Shown here: positions 49,521 through 63,500 of the stretch, in pieces | Numbering within the stretch: the stretch's first letter is position 1 | Layout of the letters: each line of letters starts with the position of its first letter | Assembly (NCBI GenBank): GCA_030248215.1 | Contig: JASANG010000932.1 | Coordinates: 310,001-374,000 of the forward strand | DNA length: 64,000 nucleotides | Reading direction: 5' to 3' | DNA from: Enoplolaimus lenunculus | Taxonomy: Eukaryota | Notes under the pieces: model-generated | The model's database searches: none | What the model saw: only the letters and a program-made list of their open reading frames with translations | What the model was told of the DNA's origin: nothing | Made by a program: the position numbers and the translations under genes

Positions 49521-51699
49521 TAAGCGTATTCCTGAACCTATTAAGCGTTGCAAAAGCACAAACCTAAACCTACGCAAAAAATGTCTAAAATGTACCTAAG
49601 CCTACTCTTTTACAGACCCACCAGAAATCGGGACGGCCCTAAAAGTAACATGGGCCTAAAGTATGAGAAAATTTGCGTAATTACAGAATGCGACCGGATA
49701 TCCGGCTCCGGCAAAAAATCGGCGTCCAGCTCCGGTATTTTTTCTTGCCGGATATTTGTTTAAAAATTTGAAAAAATGAAACTAAATTGACATAGATTGA
49801 CTTACTTTTATATGTTTATTGTGTCATAATTGTTATGTAAACCATTTTAAAGTTTTGAATAAGGTATGTATATTGGATAGCAGGGTGGTATAACGACAAG
49901 AATAGGTCTAAAAAGGTATATGCCGTAATAAGTGAGCTGCCAAAAATATAAATTATATTATCTATATTTTTATTTTTCTTTGCAGTTAACGAGAAATAAT
50001 AAAAACTAACCTTAAGGAAACATTAGCCTTAAATCCTAACACTCCACCTTTTTTATTAGCATAACAACAGTCCCTCCCCCCACAAAATACAACAACACAC
50101 ACAACAAAAACAGAAAAAAAAGATATATTTAAAGAAATCTTCCAAAACCTTTATATAACGGCGGGAGGAAAAATTATTCTCTTCTATACCTATTTTACTT
50201 TATTTTTTTTTTTTTTTTTTTTGAATTTCAGTTATTTGTGGAAATAAATAATTAAAAATGTATGTTTGTGGTAATTTTTGAGTGATAGGCTAATTATTTA
50301 CGAAAAAACCCATAATTAGTGCGCTCAACCAGTAACTCAAACAGTAATATGATTTAAAAAACCAGAATACAAACTATAAACTTATAAAGGAATACGAGAT
50401 TAAATAAACAATCTAATTAACTACACTGTAAATTTCTGTGAGTTGATTTTAACTCAGAATGAGTTGAGTCACTCAGTCTGACTCAGGACTATCCGAACTC
50501 AGAATTATGAGTTGATTCGATTCATTCTGAGTTAATTAACCAACTCACCCAGAGTCAACTCAACTCAGAGCGAGAATCAACTCAACTCAGAGTGTGTTAA
50601 TGTTTGCTGATATTAATTCAGAAATAACCAGCTATTTTTGAAAAATTCCATATTTAAGGCTCCAAAGTCCGAAAAGTTGGTTTCACTCCAATGATTGTTT
50701 TCACTTCAACTGTTGGTTTTACAGCAACGAACAGTAGTTTTGCTGTCTTCAATATGTTTCCGAAGAATTAATAGTTATGTCAATTTCGAACGCAAATGTT
50801 CCTCGTGTTTTTCATAAACTATGAAATGTATCCCATGATGTCAAAGGCCAAGCAAAATTTTTGAATTCCGTTTCAATTTCGGCTCCGACAAAGACAGCTT
50901 TTACGCCAGTTACACCTTCAAACACTAGAAACGTTACGAATGTTGACCAATGTTACACTGTAAATTCCAGTGAGTTGATTTTAACTCAGAATGAGTTGAA
51001 TTACTCAGTCTGAGTTAGGACTATCACAACTCAGAATCTTGAGTTGATTCAATTCATTCTGAGTTAATTAACCAAGTCACCCAGAGCTAACTCAACTCAG
51101 AGTGAGAATCAACACAACTCAGAGTGTGTTAATGTTTGCTGATATTAATTCAGAAATAACCAACTCGCTAGCTGAATTGATTAATCAACTTTTTGGAATT
51201 TACCGTGTATCCGGGTCCGGCCGGATATTAGATTATCCGGCTCCGTCTATTTTTGGTATCCGGTTACACCCTGATTATAGTAATAATTTTTGATTACTTA
51301 GCTACAAAAGTGATGCTAAAGTGATTAGATCAAAACTTTGAAGTCATCTACCTTCCGTTGCAGATTATATATGTTGAAAAATACAATGATGATGGTGGGC
51401 CCCCTGCGATCCGCCAGTGAGGTCAGATTTCATCCGGTTACACCCTGCTGTGCAATAAAGAACATAATACATTTACTGCGCGATGTTATACAAATACAAA
51501 CGTATACGAAACGTTCCGCCCCTGATCTGTACATGGGCCCCCACCTACACGAATTTTACTTTTACTTGCACCCTGGTATAACATAAAAATATGGAGATGA
51601 ACATAGCAAACTTTACACAAAAACACAAAAGCGTTATATCATATTGTACTTGTCGTATAGCATATAGATGTACGTTTTATTAACCAGTCGTAGTGGGAC

Positions 51700-52422
51700 A
51701 TTTGTTGAGCGAAGCTCGAACACACGTAAGCAATTAAGGTAATATGCAAATTAGTTATTAGCTAACTATTCATTTATTGGTTTTGGGGGTTTGTAAGCAA
51801 TTTACTCAGATTCCTCGCTCCCAAAACCCTTCAGTCAGCCTAATAATTATTGAAAAAAACCACCAACAAAATATGTAAATTAGCTATTAGCTAACTATTC
51901 AATTATCGGTGTTGGAGGTTTGTAAACAAGTTATTCAAGTTTCTCGCACCTAAAAACCCTTTCGTGCTGAATTTAATTGCTTTTACCCTTAATAGTTAGT
52001 GAAATATTGTAAAAAGTCCTAATTTAAGCTTAAAAACTATGTCAGTATGCAAATTATCTATCAGATAACTATGCAATTATCGGTTTTGGAGGTTTGTAAA
52101 CAGTCTATTTAGATTCCTCGCACCCAAATTCCCTTAAATGCTGAAATTAGATTGCTTGTAACTAATAAGTAGTGAAATAATGTAGAAAGTCCTAATTTAG
52201 GCTTAACTAATTATACAAATTAGCCTGTAGCTAATAAACGGCTTACAATTTTAAAACCCCAATGCGATGTTCTTTCAAACAAAACAAATTTGTCGAAATC
52301 GGTTAAGCCGTTCCTGAGATTCTTACCGGACGGACAGACATCCACCTTTCAACCCCAAAGCACAAAACATAAAACGCTACGCGAAATTCGGAGCTTCGTT
52401 CGGAGTTTCGCTTCGCTCAATG
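51700..52422. mobile_element. Helentron/DINE-like non-autonomous element with internal degenerate tandem repeats
   Basis: Inverted TTGAGCGAAGC...GCTTCGCTCAA near both ends; AAATCGGTTAAGCCGTT and CGGACGGACAGACA motifs near the 3' end; four degenerate ATGCAAATTAG... units inside. The class call is inferred from resemblance to DINE-1/HINE elements. Confidence 0.5.
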
Positions 52423-54021
52423 AAAATTTGGAAACTTCTTTGCCCAAATTCTACTAAATGTATAAATTTGGTAAGGGCTCCGAAATATATATCGTCATAG
52501 TCCAATATTGATATCTAAAACTTTTTACGTCAAGTCCTCTTGCTATTGTTAACAATATCAGTAATATACTTCCCAAAATTTAAGTTTGAAAAATTATACA
52601 GTCGAGCTACCACTGTATCAACTATCATTAACATTATGCAAATTTTGCCCATCATTAAAATTGTTTGACCCATTATAATTAAGTTGAATGGTATATTGTG
52701 CATGTAAACAAAACGGCCAATGTAAAGAACAAAGGCGGAACAGTATTATAAGCATATCCCTAAGCCTAAACCTAAGCGTAAAAATGAGCATAGTCCTAAG
52801 CCAAGCAAAAAATTAGTCTAAAAGCTTTAAGCTTACTCTTTTCTAGTCCCACAGCAAAACGTTCCGACCCTGATCTCTACGTGGGCCAACAAATTTAAGC
52901 TCACAGCATAAATATGTCAAAATAAACCAACGTAAACGACTAACAAATACATCATAAGTAACGACAGTAATGATTACAATTAATACCGCAACCTTGTGTT
53001 AACCTTCCATTCACGATTTTTTAAATTTAAACCACCGCTCTCAAATTTCAGTTTGCCGGGTTCAGAGTCGCGCTTACGTTGCCCGGGACAATTTCACAAT
53101 CGAGAATCCATACGCATGTTTCTATATCCATAAACCTTAAACTTGTGTTTTTAAAATTGATTTTGTCTTCCAACACCAAATCTTTTTAGGATGCCTCCCA
53201 GTTCCGAGGATGCACTAAGCCCAGGTTCGGTCCACGAATTTTAAGTCCACGTTTATTCCATATATATTGTCATAAGCATCAACAAATGCCCAAAGATCCA
53301 AACCAAGATCCCAACTTATTAGCTTAAACCATATTCCAACGTCGACTCTGAAATCAACGGAAGAAATGTCTTAAATTTCTAAATATGTTTCGATGCTTCC
53401 ATTTCAGGATAAGATAACGTAATCATCCCACACGAAAACCTACTGGATCCACACCAGCTGTTACGAACACACTATCAAAAGTACGTATAACCCACAAACT
53501 TCAATAGCTACATCCAGACCGAATAACCTTACGAAATTACCAAATCCGGTTTGTAACGCAATCAAAGTTACACCAAATGGCTACAGGTGTTATGGCCAAT
53601 GTATACAACAGGGCCGTAACAGCAGTACAAGCAAATTACTAGACCTAAGCCTAAGCATAAGGATAAGTCTATACCTAAGTCTATGAAAAAAATTAGTCTA
53701 AAGCTTAAACTTACTGTATTGCAGTTCCGCGGAAAAACGGCCTACCAGTGATATTCGCGGAAAAACGGCCTACCCGTAATCTTCGCATGACCCGGTACTA
53801 CAATAGACATTTTAAAATATCACCGGTCGTCAGGAATCAGATTTCACACAACTGCACGTAAATCAACACTTGTATCACAATATAATTAAAACATTATGCA
53901 TTACCATACCATACCATCGCGATAATATATCACAATATCTAATAAAAATCACCGAATCAAATATTTCTTTAATAAAAACATCATTACAAAATATCAACAC
54001 CGGCTTCATTTTTTGTAACAA

Positions 54022-54205
54022 GCCCATGTAAAGATCAGGGGCGGAACGTTTTTGTTTGGGACTGCAATAGCGTACGCTTAAGCTTTAGACTAATTTTTTT
54101 TGCTTGGCTTACGCTTAGGCTTAGGGATATGCTCATTCTTACGCTTATGCTTAGGCTTAGGAATATGCTTATAATACTGTTCCACCCCTGTTCTTTACAT
54201 TAGCC
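54022..54205. mobile_element. GGCC-family MITE with TTAGGC repeats
   Basis: Family TIRs; GTAACAA duplicated on both flanks. Further copies ~2232-2386, 8330-8528, 34430-34648, 39433-39642, 43356-43565, 46976-47172, 52715-52887, 53594-53790. Confidence 0.75.
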
Positions 54206-54651
54206 GTAACAATAACCAATTTAAAACATACCAACCAAAATTATTACAACAACGGCCATGCAGGAAAACTTCACATGGATTACTAATTATTTGTTTTATA
54301 ATACAACATAAAATTATACAAATTCAAATAAGCTTTAAAAATGTGTTTCAACTTACGTACCATACATAGGCGTTTCACCAAAGCCCGGACTATCCATATA
54401 TGATGCTAACTAGGACATGCATAAAATCACCGATATTTCGGAGCAATTTCTGTTAGAAATGATGGAATTAAGTATATACGTATCTATCAAAAAACATAGT
54501 TGACGTTAAAATCCTTGTAAGAACTATGAAATTATATTTGGCGCCAGCTCCGGCGTTTTTTTGGTATCCAGCAGTACTCTGCTCTTATATGCATCCACCA
54601 TGGGAGTTTAGGTAATACCCCATGGGCCAAACCCGTAGTTACCCTTACACT

Positions 54652-57600
54652 CTAGTCATACAGCGTACACTCACCCACATCAACTGTAGTGAGAAATTGA
54701 TTCTCATTTCTCACACATTCCGAATAGCTTGGAGGCGGTGAGTCATCCAAAAATCTTCTCGCAGCAATGACGTCATTATTCTCATCATCTAAGCTAATGC
54801 CGTCATTTGTCGTGTCATTGAATGAAGTTTCCGCAATTGGATCCATCCTGGAACGGCTACCTCGGCTCATTGGCTGTTGCTGTTGTCCTTCAAATCGTCG
54901 TAGCTCAGCTGCAAGACCAGATCCACAAAATCTTGGCCGATGAACCTGATTGACGGCGCCGCCATTCGCAGAATCGACAGAACTGGCCTCTGCCATAACT
55001 TCACGGCTGCTACACGGCGCCGGGGAGACAATGTCACAGCGACGCACAGTGGCATCAACATCGTTTTCGCGTTCTAACCCGACCATTGGTACTCCCATCA
55101 CTGAAGACGAATAAATTGATTCAAGTATAATTTCATTCAGCGCATGCTTAGTAACAAAATTTGTCGCAAAGACAGTGAGGCTATGTTCAAATGTGTGTAG
55201 CACCTATTATTAGCTAGCGCTGGGTTCTGTCCTAAACCAACCGAACTGTGAAAGCTACGAATGTGAAAATCCACGTAATTGTCGGATAAATTGAATTCAA
55301 TGGATGTGATAACTGGTTCGAAACATGCAAACCTTATAACTGCGAATACGGCAAGTAAATTAAATTAAAATTTTTAACCGCAACACAAATGTGTTCACAA
55401 AAACTTGATCATGGCGCAAGTCCTTAAAGACGCTTTTTTGAACGGAGTAAAGTTTTACGAAAATTAAGTGAACACTGTAAAACAACTCACACATTCCACA
55501 TCCTTTGCAAAATAATATCAGTGCACGCGTCAAATTGAATGGCTAAAAATGAAAATACAACGAAAACGTGAGTTTTTTCGGCCGCCATAAGCGAACGTAT
55601 GAAAATATAAATTTCACATCTGCTTACAGTATCAGGCTGTAAAATTGCTTCATTGGTATATTTTGCACCACGCGATTACAAGTAAGTGCATACTCATAAG
55701 ACTCATCAACAATACATATGCTAAATCGACCATGCTTGGGTAGCAAAACACAACGCATGCTTCAACATATTTTTGTTGAACGTAAAATACGCTAAGCTAC
55801 ATACTCTTCTCTAAAAATCATCATCGACTCTTGGTAAACCGCTGACAAATTCACAGCTAGACACCTTCCAAAAGTTCTTAAACAGCAACCACACTTACCG
55901 CATCATACATTACATCGACCACACCATCAATAAGTAACAATGTATGAACTCTGGGATCCATTGCGTCTGCCGTTTGTCTGCAAATATCCCGATGTGGCGA
56001 TTTGCCTCCAGCCAACAACAGAGTGTCAAAGCTTAAATTTAAGAGTTTAATTCAATGCATGTATAACCTTTACCATCGTCGGAGGGGTTGATAATTCCAA
56101 ACTTGAACCGGGGAGAATCAAACTATTCAATGAATGAAAAATCGACATCTGGTCAGGCTCGGTAGTATAAGTCGCCGGATATTAGTTATAAATAAATACC
56201 ATAATGAACAATTATCTCAAACCCGCTACATTAGCATGATTAAGGTTTACTTAAAATCTGGCTCGGCTCCGAACGAATACTTTATTTTCCGTTTCCGTCT
56301 CCGGCAGGGTACAAATGGAATTAGTGTCCGGTATTCGGCCGCACACTGCTAGTATACAACCTATATCTCAGGATATAACATTAGTGCTATTACAAATTGA
56401 GGGCCTAAAAATTTGATGAAATCGATAAGTAAGAGTTATATTCAGTTCCTGGGTTTAATTTCAAAATTACACATTGAACGCACACCAAAAAACTCATAAT
56501 TGAGCAAAGCTAAAATGGTCAAAAATTCAAAACATCAAGAAGGAATAATCAATAATTATTAAACAAAAATCCAAAAATCATTAGAAAATTAATGAAATTC
56601 CTAAAAATATCCAATTAAGTAAAGTAAAGAACAGTGACGAGCAACTAAGCGTCCTTTTTACAATTACAAATTCACAATTCTACTTCCATTTAACAAGTCG
56701 ATTTTCTTCAAATTCCAAAATCAAATTAAACAAGTATACTTAAACTTTGTCCGATTTAAATTTTAAATTCACTTCGCCATACTTACTTGGGCTTTTCACA
56801 CTCCAGAAGCTGCAACATGTCAGAACGCCTGAAATACAAAGATAACTTGCGGAAAATTATTTTAACTTAATAATAAGATTCGAAATTGACAAGCATCATT
56901 CGTTCCAGTTTACACGTGCAAGTTCTTGCAGCAACACGAACTTGCAGATGCAAGTTCCGCGAAAAATTATCAAATACAGCTTGGCACAAACAAGTTTACA
57001 GCCTATAAGTTCATGAATACGGCTTAAGCAAATAAACAGAGTAATAGACAAGTACATGGGGTCAATTTTTGGCACCATGATAAAGTTGAACTTGACAATG
57101 AACCAACCAAACATTCATGCAAACATTACTTTAAGTAACTTTCCATGTACATCTCCATATTTCTTGTATTAATTTCCATTTGATGATCTGACTTTTCCAA
57201 ACGACGCTAAAACAGTACTCCTGCAGTCAACATCATTACAACCTTGACTTTTGGCGAGGAACCGAATTTCTTGGTACCACTAACCAAGGCAACAAAACAA
57301 ACTGTGATTCTAATTACATATATACAAGCTAGTTCGGATAGCTTGGTGCAATACATACAAAGCAAACCATTTTTCTCTAAAACAATACTTTATTTGCACG
57401 CATCTGCTTGCATTTGTAGCTTCCCAATACACACAAAATTCGCTGGAAAGATACCCACTGTATGTATGGTGGTTAAACCAGCTGATATGTAATGAAGGAT
57501 GGTGCAAAGCATTATCAATAAAGACCTGTTCACACGTGCAAGTTTTTGCTGCGAGAACTTGCAACTGCAACTTGCACTTGCAAGTTTTGTCCAAATCCCC

Positions 57601-60600
57601 GTTCGAAAAACTTGCACCTGTAAATAATATATTAAAAATCAAAGCTAGGAATTTAGTTCACATGAGTGAATAACCTTGCACGTTCGATGGATTTATTGCA
57701 TCCGCTTTCTCATTGGCTGATGAAAAAATGCAAGTTTTGCGTGCAATTTGCAGCTGCAAGTTCTCGCAGTAAAAACTTACACGTGTGAATAGGACTTAAT
57801 ACATAGTGCTTTCATACCTAATCAAGTCACCTCATTTAGTACAATTTTCTTACCGTGCCAACCTTGTCGTAGCTATTCAAGGCTTCCAAAAATTTGCGCA
57901 CATAAGACTTCTTTTTTTGTTTGAAGTTATAAAACTGAAAACAAATAGTAGAGAAATACATTTACAAATCAGTTAAAACGTTTTGTGCTGTTTTCAATGA
58001 AATATGGCGAATCTGTATCTCAATGTTATCACAAGATGATTTTAAATTTACTCAGCTATTAGCAGACCGTAGTTTGCAAGAAAAGTTATAAAAACCTACT
58101 TCTCAATTGAAAAATTTTACTTTTCCATAATTAATACCTGATTTTTCTGAGAGCATGCATGGCAGCCCATATCTCTATACGACGTACCGATTCAAAAAAT
58201 TCTATAATTTATCAGAATTGCAAACGAAACAAATACTTTGCGCATTGCCAAATATAAATCTGTAACATATCATACCACGCATCACAAATAGTACAATGCG
58301 CTCACTTCACAAAGATAAACGTACCGAATGCAAAATCTGTTCGTCCAAACCAGCACCAGAACCAATACAGTCAATTAGTATCAACCCGAGGCATGAATTC
58401 GGATAGTAAAGCTAAAACGAATAAAAAACTTCAATCAATTCATAATTTTAACGAACAAATTTCTTCGTTCCACATACGTATAGTAATTTGATACGCAAAA
58501 AAACCCGTTCAATACTTTTTAGGACTGTGTCTACTGTCCTGTATCTAATATCGACCCATATTAGACTATGGGCAATAAACAACGGTCAAATTCGACACAA
58601 TTGTCCAATCAAAGTAAACATATAGTATTCAAGAGCAGCACTGCTCTCTAGCTGCCAATACAGACCTGTTCAAGCCAGCTACTGCACACCGCGACAACCG
58701 TACTATGACAAAAAATTTTCAACCTGCGCCAAATTAAAAAAGTACAATTAATTTTAATAGCGCTAAACTACTAAATAAAGTTTCCTTCAATTATATAGTA
58801 ATTTATGTCGTTATTAATTTCGATCATATATAATTATCTAAAGTAACTTACTCCGAAACGAAGCAATATATTTGCGCCAGCACCTTCACCGAAGCCCATG
58901 ACCATGTTAACCCTGAAAAAGTTGTAACAAATTTGAATAAAAGATGAAAATAACTACGTACTAAAGTTAAGAGACTGTCCGTAAGTCTCAACGCGACAAA
59001 CAATTCAGGCTCCGCAAAAATGTCGTCAAGAACAAAAAGCCTAGGTTACAACAGTAAGAACTGCACTACACTCGCCGCTCGCAGCCTCGCGGCGCTGTAA
59101 AACTTCTGGTTAAAAATAACAGGACGCCGTCACGCACCGGCGTCCAGCTTAATAAAGTATAGCGCATTCCAAGGCGTCAAATCCTCATCACAATATAGTT
59201 GCGATAACACTAGCGAACCATTTCACTTCCAGCTTGTAGCATGTAAGAGTATTTTTCATATTTGTATACGCAGAACAATAATACTAAACAACACCTAACA
59301 GCAACATAGGACTCAATTATTCAAGCTTTACAGTCGCGCGGCAGTAGCAAACGCCTCCCAACCAAGGGTCTCACGTTCGAATCCGCGATTAAATTAAATT
59401 TATGCGATACAGTAATGGATTAAGCAACAAAACTTTAAAGCTTCCCGCCGAAATGATTTTAGATTCGAAGGTACTTGCAACTAAAAACTACTGACGACTA
59501 GTCACAGCCGGACAGCGACGGCAAATTAAAGTTGATGTAGTGGAAACATACTTGAAATGGGACAGAAGGTAATATAAGTCGTGCGCCAAACCATCCATTG
59601 TAGGAAACTCGTATCTAGAAATATATTATTTTGTCGTGTAAACAAAATTTGACTAATATTCATTTTATTGAAATAAATACAATCTGATAGTCTCAAGTTG
59701 TATCGGGGACCCGTCATTTTTTTAACTAAACCATAGTAGTTCGTCACACGTAAACCCAGGTTATACGGTGTCGGGGTTTTCCACTGAGGTTTGACTTTTC
59801 CTTACGTGAAGAAATTACGGGAACAGCAAAACTCATAGTTTTCCTGATACTAGAGGGGCCACCTTCGAACAAGGTTTTAAATTTTCAAACACATGTTTAT
59901 TAGAGATGTCCTGGGGCCATGATTTTAACCGGTAACGGCTCCAGCAAAATACACTAAACTTCAAATTTTATGTGTGTTTAGCGTAGGCATGTACCTGGGA
60001 GTACGATACCGTTTTTATCATATCGCTTCCACGACATTTTGCCTATGGAAATGTAATAAAATTACTATGCTGTGTTCGGATTCTGGCTAAATTGTCTCAC
60101 GGGACATTGTTTTTCTGGTACCATCCGCGGAACAGTATAGCCCCGCCCCGGTACCCTCTGGCCCAGGCCCCGGACATCTCTAATAATTATATTACGAACC
60201 TTTCTGGTAAATCATCACTGTTAAACTCTTGACCAGGTAAACAAACATTTAAGAAAATTGCACGCTTTCGCACGAATTTCATGGACGGATCAGCAAGAAA
60301 AGCAGAAAACGACTCATCTACAATAAATCAATATGCATTTTGCAGAAGTACTTAGTACGTACTACGTACCTATTTTAATATTTTTGAAACCAATCATCTC
60401 AATTAAAATTAAAAACAAGAACCATTGGCCGGAGACTGCCTTGACGTTCATACTAAAAAGTTTCCAGAGATGTACCGGTTAATCAATCGCAAAATTATGA
60501 CAATCAACTATTTCACACTAAAGTATATAAAAACATGCTCACGATTGCAACCGATGTCATGAACAGTCAGGAATACAAGCTTCCCAGCGCGATCTTTTAC

Positions 60601-61228
60601 ATTGTCCTGAAAACACAATTGCTATATATGAACCAAGCATATATATTTGTGTATATGTATATACACATAAATATTTTAAGTATTTATATATCTCAACGTA
60701 ATTGTAAAAGTTAGATACAAGGAAGTAAGTCACTTCTTGTATCAGAGGTCGCGGGGCCGGGCCCCGAACCCGGCCTTGGCGCCGGGGCTGGGGCCAGAGA
60801 GTGTCGGGATTGGGGCCATACGGTACCATGGATCGTACCAGGCGGTACCAGAAAAACTATGCTTCGTGGCACAATTTAGTCAAACTCCGAACGCAGCACA
60901 GTAGTTTTATTCCATTACCATAGGCAAAATGTCGCGTGACGCGATATGGCAATTAACAAATGCCTTAACAGTAACGCTAACTTCACAACGTGAGAGTATC
61001 AACAAAATGTCGCGTTACGCGATATGATAAAAACGGTACCGTACTTCCAGGTATATGCTTACGCAAAAGGCACATAAATTTTGAAGTTTAGTGTATTTCT
61101 CCGGCCCCGGATAAAATCCTGGCTCCGGAGAGCATCTCTATCTTGTGTTCATACAACATAAAAATAAAACTCACACTACTGTAGACTGCAAGAGTACCAG
61201 AATACTTCGTAACAACAGAGCCAACAAA
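54652..61228 (-). CDS. NDRG (Ndr) family alpha/beta-hydrolase-fold protein, ZK1073.1-like; start exon not located
   Basis: 12 phase-consistent GT-AG exons: 61228-61175, 60606-60543 (VFLTVHDIGCNH), 60317-60200 (FLNVCLPGQE), 59614-59552 (YEFPTMDGLA), 58912-58852 (GFGEGAGANILLRFG), 58411-58325 (CLGLILID), 57934-57854, 57206-57130, 56828-56787, 56031-55899 (TLLLAGGKSPH), 55542-55491 (LIIFCKGCG), 55100-54652 (stop). These motifs are characteristic of NDRG proteins. Confidence 0.92.
57522..57796. mobile_element. PIF/Harbinger-like MITE in an NDRG intron
   Basis: TIRs AG.CCT.TTCACACGTG.AAGTTTTT.CTGCGAGAACTTGCA; TAA on both sides. Confidence 0.75.
59901..60182. mobile_element. hAT-like MITE in an NDRG intron
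   Basis: TIRs TAGAGATGTCC / GGACATCTCTA; flanks ATGTTTAT/ATAATTAT (6/8). A related inverted copy lies at ~60745-61140. Confidence 0.65.
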
Positions 61229-62352
61229 CTGCATTTTAATAATGATAAATGTGTAGGCAAACTATTTAACGATAGTTATGTAATTGAAATAGTGCATCTG
61301 TCAATGTATGTAGATGAGGGTTCGCTACTATGGAGATAGGCGGGCCCCATTCATATTAAGCCCCAAACTAGATTTGCGCCCCGGTCAAAGTGGATCCTTA
61401 CTTGAGATTTTTCCACACAGTTGAGTATTTTTAACCTTTAAGCAGGGTGACAACACAAGTTCGCATTCGGCAAGAACTTGCACTTCGGATTCGGATGTGA
61501 AAAATGATATCCAAAAGCCCAAACCCACAATGTTCGGCAGGGTGCAACCGGAATTACAATTTACCGGAACCGGAATTTTGGAAATTTTACCTCAACCGGA
61601 AAGTGAAAAATGCATTTCACCAAAAATTTATTTTAATCTTATTTATTGCTCTGTTATTTACGAAAAAACCTTAGTCGAACATAGGTATTTATTTTATTTG
61701 TTGTATTTTAGATTTTCATCATCGACTGAAGTGAAATCCACCATAAATGGCTTATATTCGGTGATTGTCAAGATTTATATATACATTTCCAGCTTAAGTC
61801 ATGTCGACTTAAAGCAATATCTACGAATCAACCACTGTTCATCTAGCCTAGGAAAAACTGAAATAGAACGCGAAGTTCAACCAGACGTAACCTGTATTTT
61901 ACAAATCTGCAGAATGTATACTGTTGTTCGCCTAATCAAACCCTTTGCGTTTTATTAAACTTCTTCGCTATGCCTCTTTCTTAACATCATTAGTCATTGT
62001 TGTACATTCACTAGCCACGTATATTCCACAATTTTAATACAAGAAGTCTTTTTAATTAGATTATTACTGTGTAGGGTAATAGTTTCTTTTCGGTACCAGT
62101 AGTCAAAACTGAACAAGCGTGAAGCAGGGCCGCAGGTTCAGGAGCGATGGGCAACAACCTCATTGCTGTTTTTGAACAGTGCCGCAGGTAAAACTTAAAC
62201 ATGATATATTAACTTAAGTATACGAAGTTACACCACAATATAGTGTAACTGGCCCATGTTGCTTTCAGGGCCGTCCCGTTTTCCTGCGGGACAGCAATAG
62301 TGCCGCAGAGCAGCATTTGCTACCCTGTTTATGCATATGTGAAGATTATTAG

Positions 62353-62616
62353 CCCCTTATCGCAATGAGTTTCCTATAGGCAACTAAGCGCAGTGTATAT
62401 ACGTTAAATAATGTATATCGCACCGTGTTTAACAATTGCGACACGTACACATTGTACTAAATCAGCACAAGACGTGAGAGCCCCATCCTGCTCGAGCATC
62501 AAGCTCCTATAACTGAGTGGTGATGGTATACGCTTCCCACTCCAGTCACCATAGTTAGAATCCTAGCATAAAAGTACGTCTCAGGGGAAATTAGAAAATA
62601 TTCAAATGAGAAAGGG
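62353..62616 (+). mobile_element. piggyBac-like MITE with tRNA-like cassette (more diverged copy)
   Basis: TTAG on the left and TTAA on the right; interior matches 32101-32363. Confidence 0.8.
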
Positions 62617-63199
62617 TTAAGCGAAAAATTTTCAGTTTACTATCTATAAATTTTGTTGTTATCCTGCTATTTACCACCCTTCCAAATGCGAGGGATGCAC
62701 GAGGCGGTAGCCTCCTTGATAAAAAATTCGCACAGTTTTAGTGGCTACGGTTGGCAAGGCCGCAAGTGTACAGAAGGGAGTGATTGATAGCCAACCCCAA
62801 CTATACGATAATCTTCGTTCCAGTCTCGCGATTTAACAAATTTTGTATGTACAATCTGAAAAGAATTGGAATTGTGTCCCATTGTCCTGTTTCTCCATCG
62901 ACAATTTGCAACAGTCCCGTTTTCCCATTTACACTTGGCCCATACTCTCAAATGTAAACAACAAGGATGCAACCAAACGTGCAAAATACCGAAGGTCAAC
63001 GAAACTTGATGGTTAATTTTAAGAATATAAACGAAGCAACTTTTTAACATATACATAAAGTCCGGAAAATAATTCTTGAATAGAAGACAACGATTTCTTG
63101 AAACAAAGAAACTTGTGTTTGATTGGCAATACCAATTTCTTGAATAAGACATCTACGATTTAAACATTTAAGAAACGAGTTCCTGAGCTGTTTAAGACT

Positions 63200-63500
63200 A
63201 ACAACCGGAGGTCTGCCTCCGGCTTCGGCAGAAAATCGGCCTCCGGCTCCGGTAGAATTTTTGCCGGAGGTTCCGGCAATTTCGGTTGTAAAATTTGGCA
63301 TAATTTTGCAAAATTTATCTGTTTAGCGCGTATCGTTTTACTTTTGTTACTATTTCATGAAAGAATTTCCGAAATTTCGCCATGAAACTAGCGTAAAACC
63401 AAACGTAAACAACATATTGCAGATATTACCTAATTTCGTCTCACCTCCGGCAACTTTTGTTGAGCTCCGGCATTTTTCACCTCCGCTTGCACCCTGCAAG
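63200..63500. repeat. Dispersed repeat (CAGGGTGCAACCGG-ended family)
   Basis: Similar sequence at ~28380-28740 and ~35940-36220 (inverted), which explains the similar spurious ORFs (KFTTEI.GTSGK). Confidence 0.65.

Noticed and set aside
62950..63020. HQVSLTFGILHVWLH as a possible NDRG N-terminal exon
   Set aside because: No clean splice sites and it overlaps a repeat arm; exon 61228-61175 already supplies this strand in the right phase.
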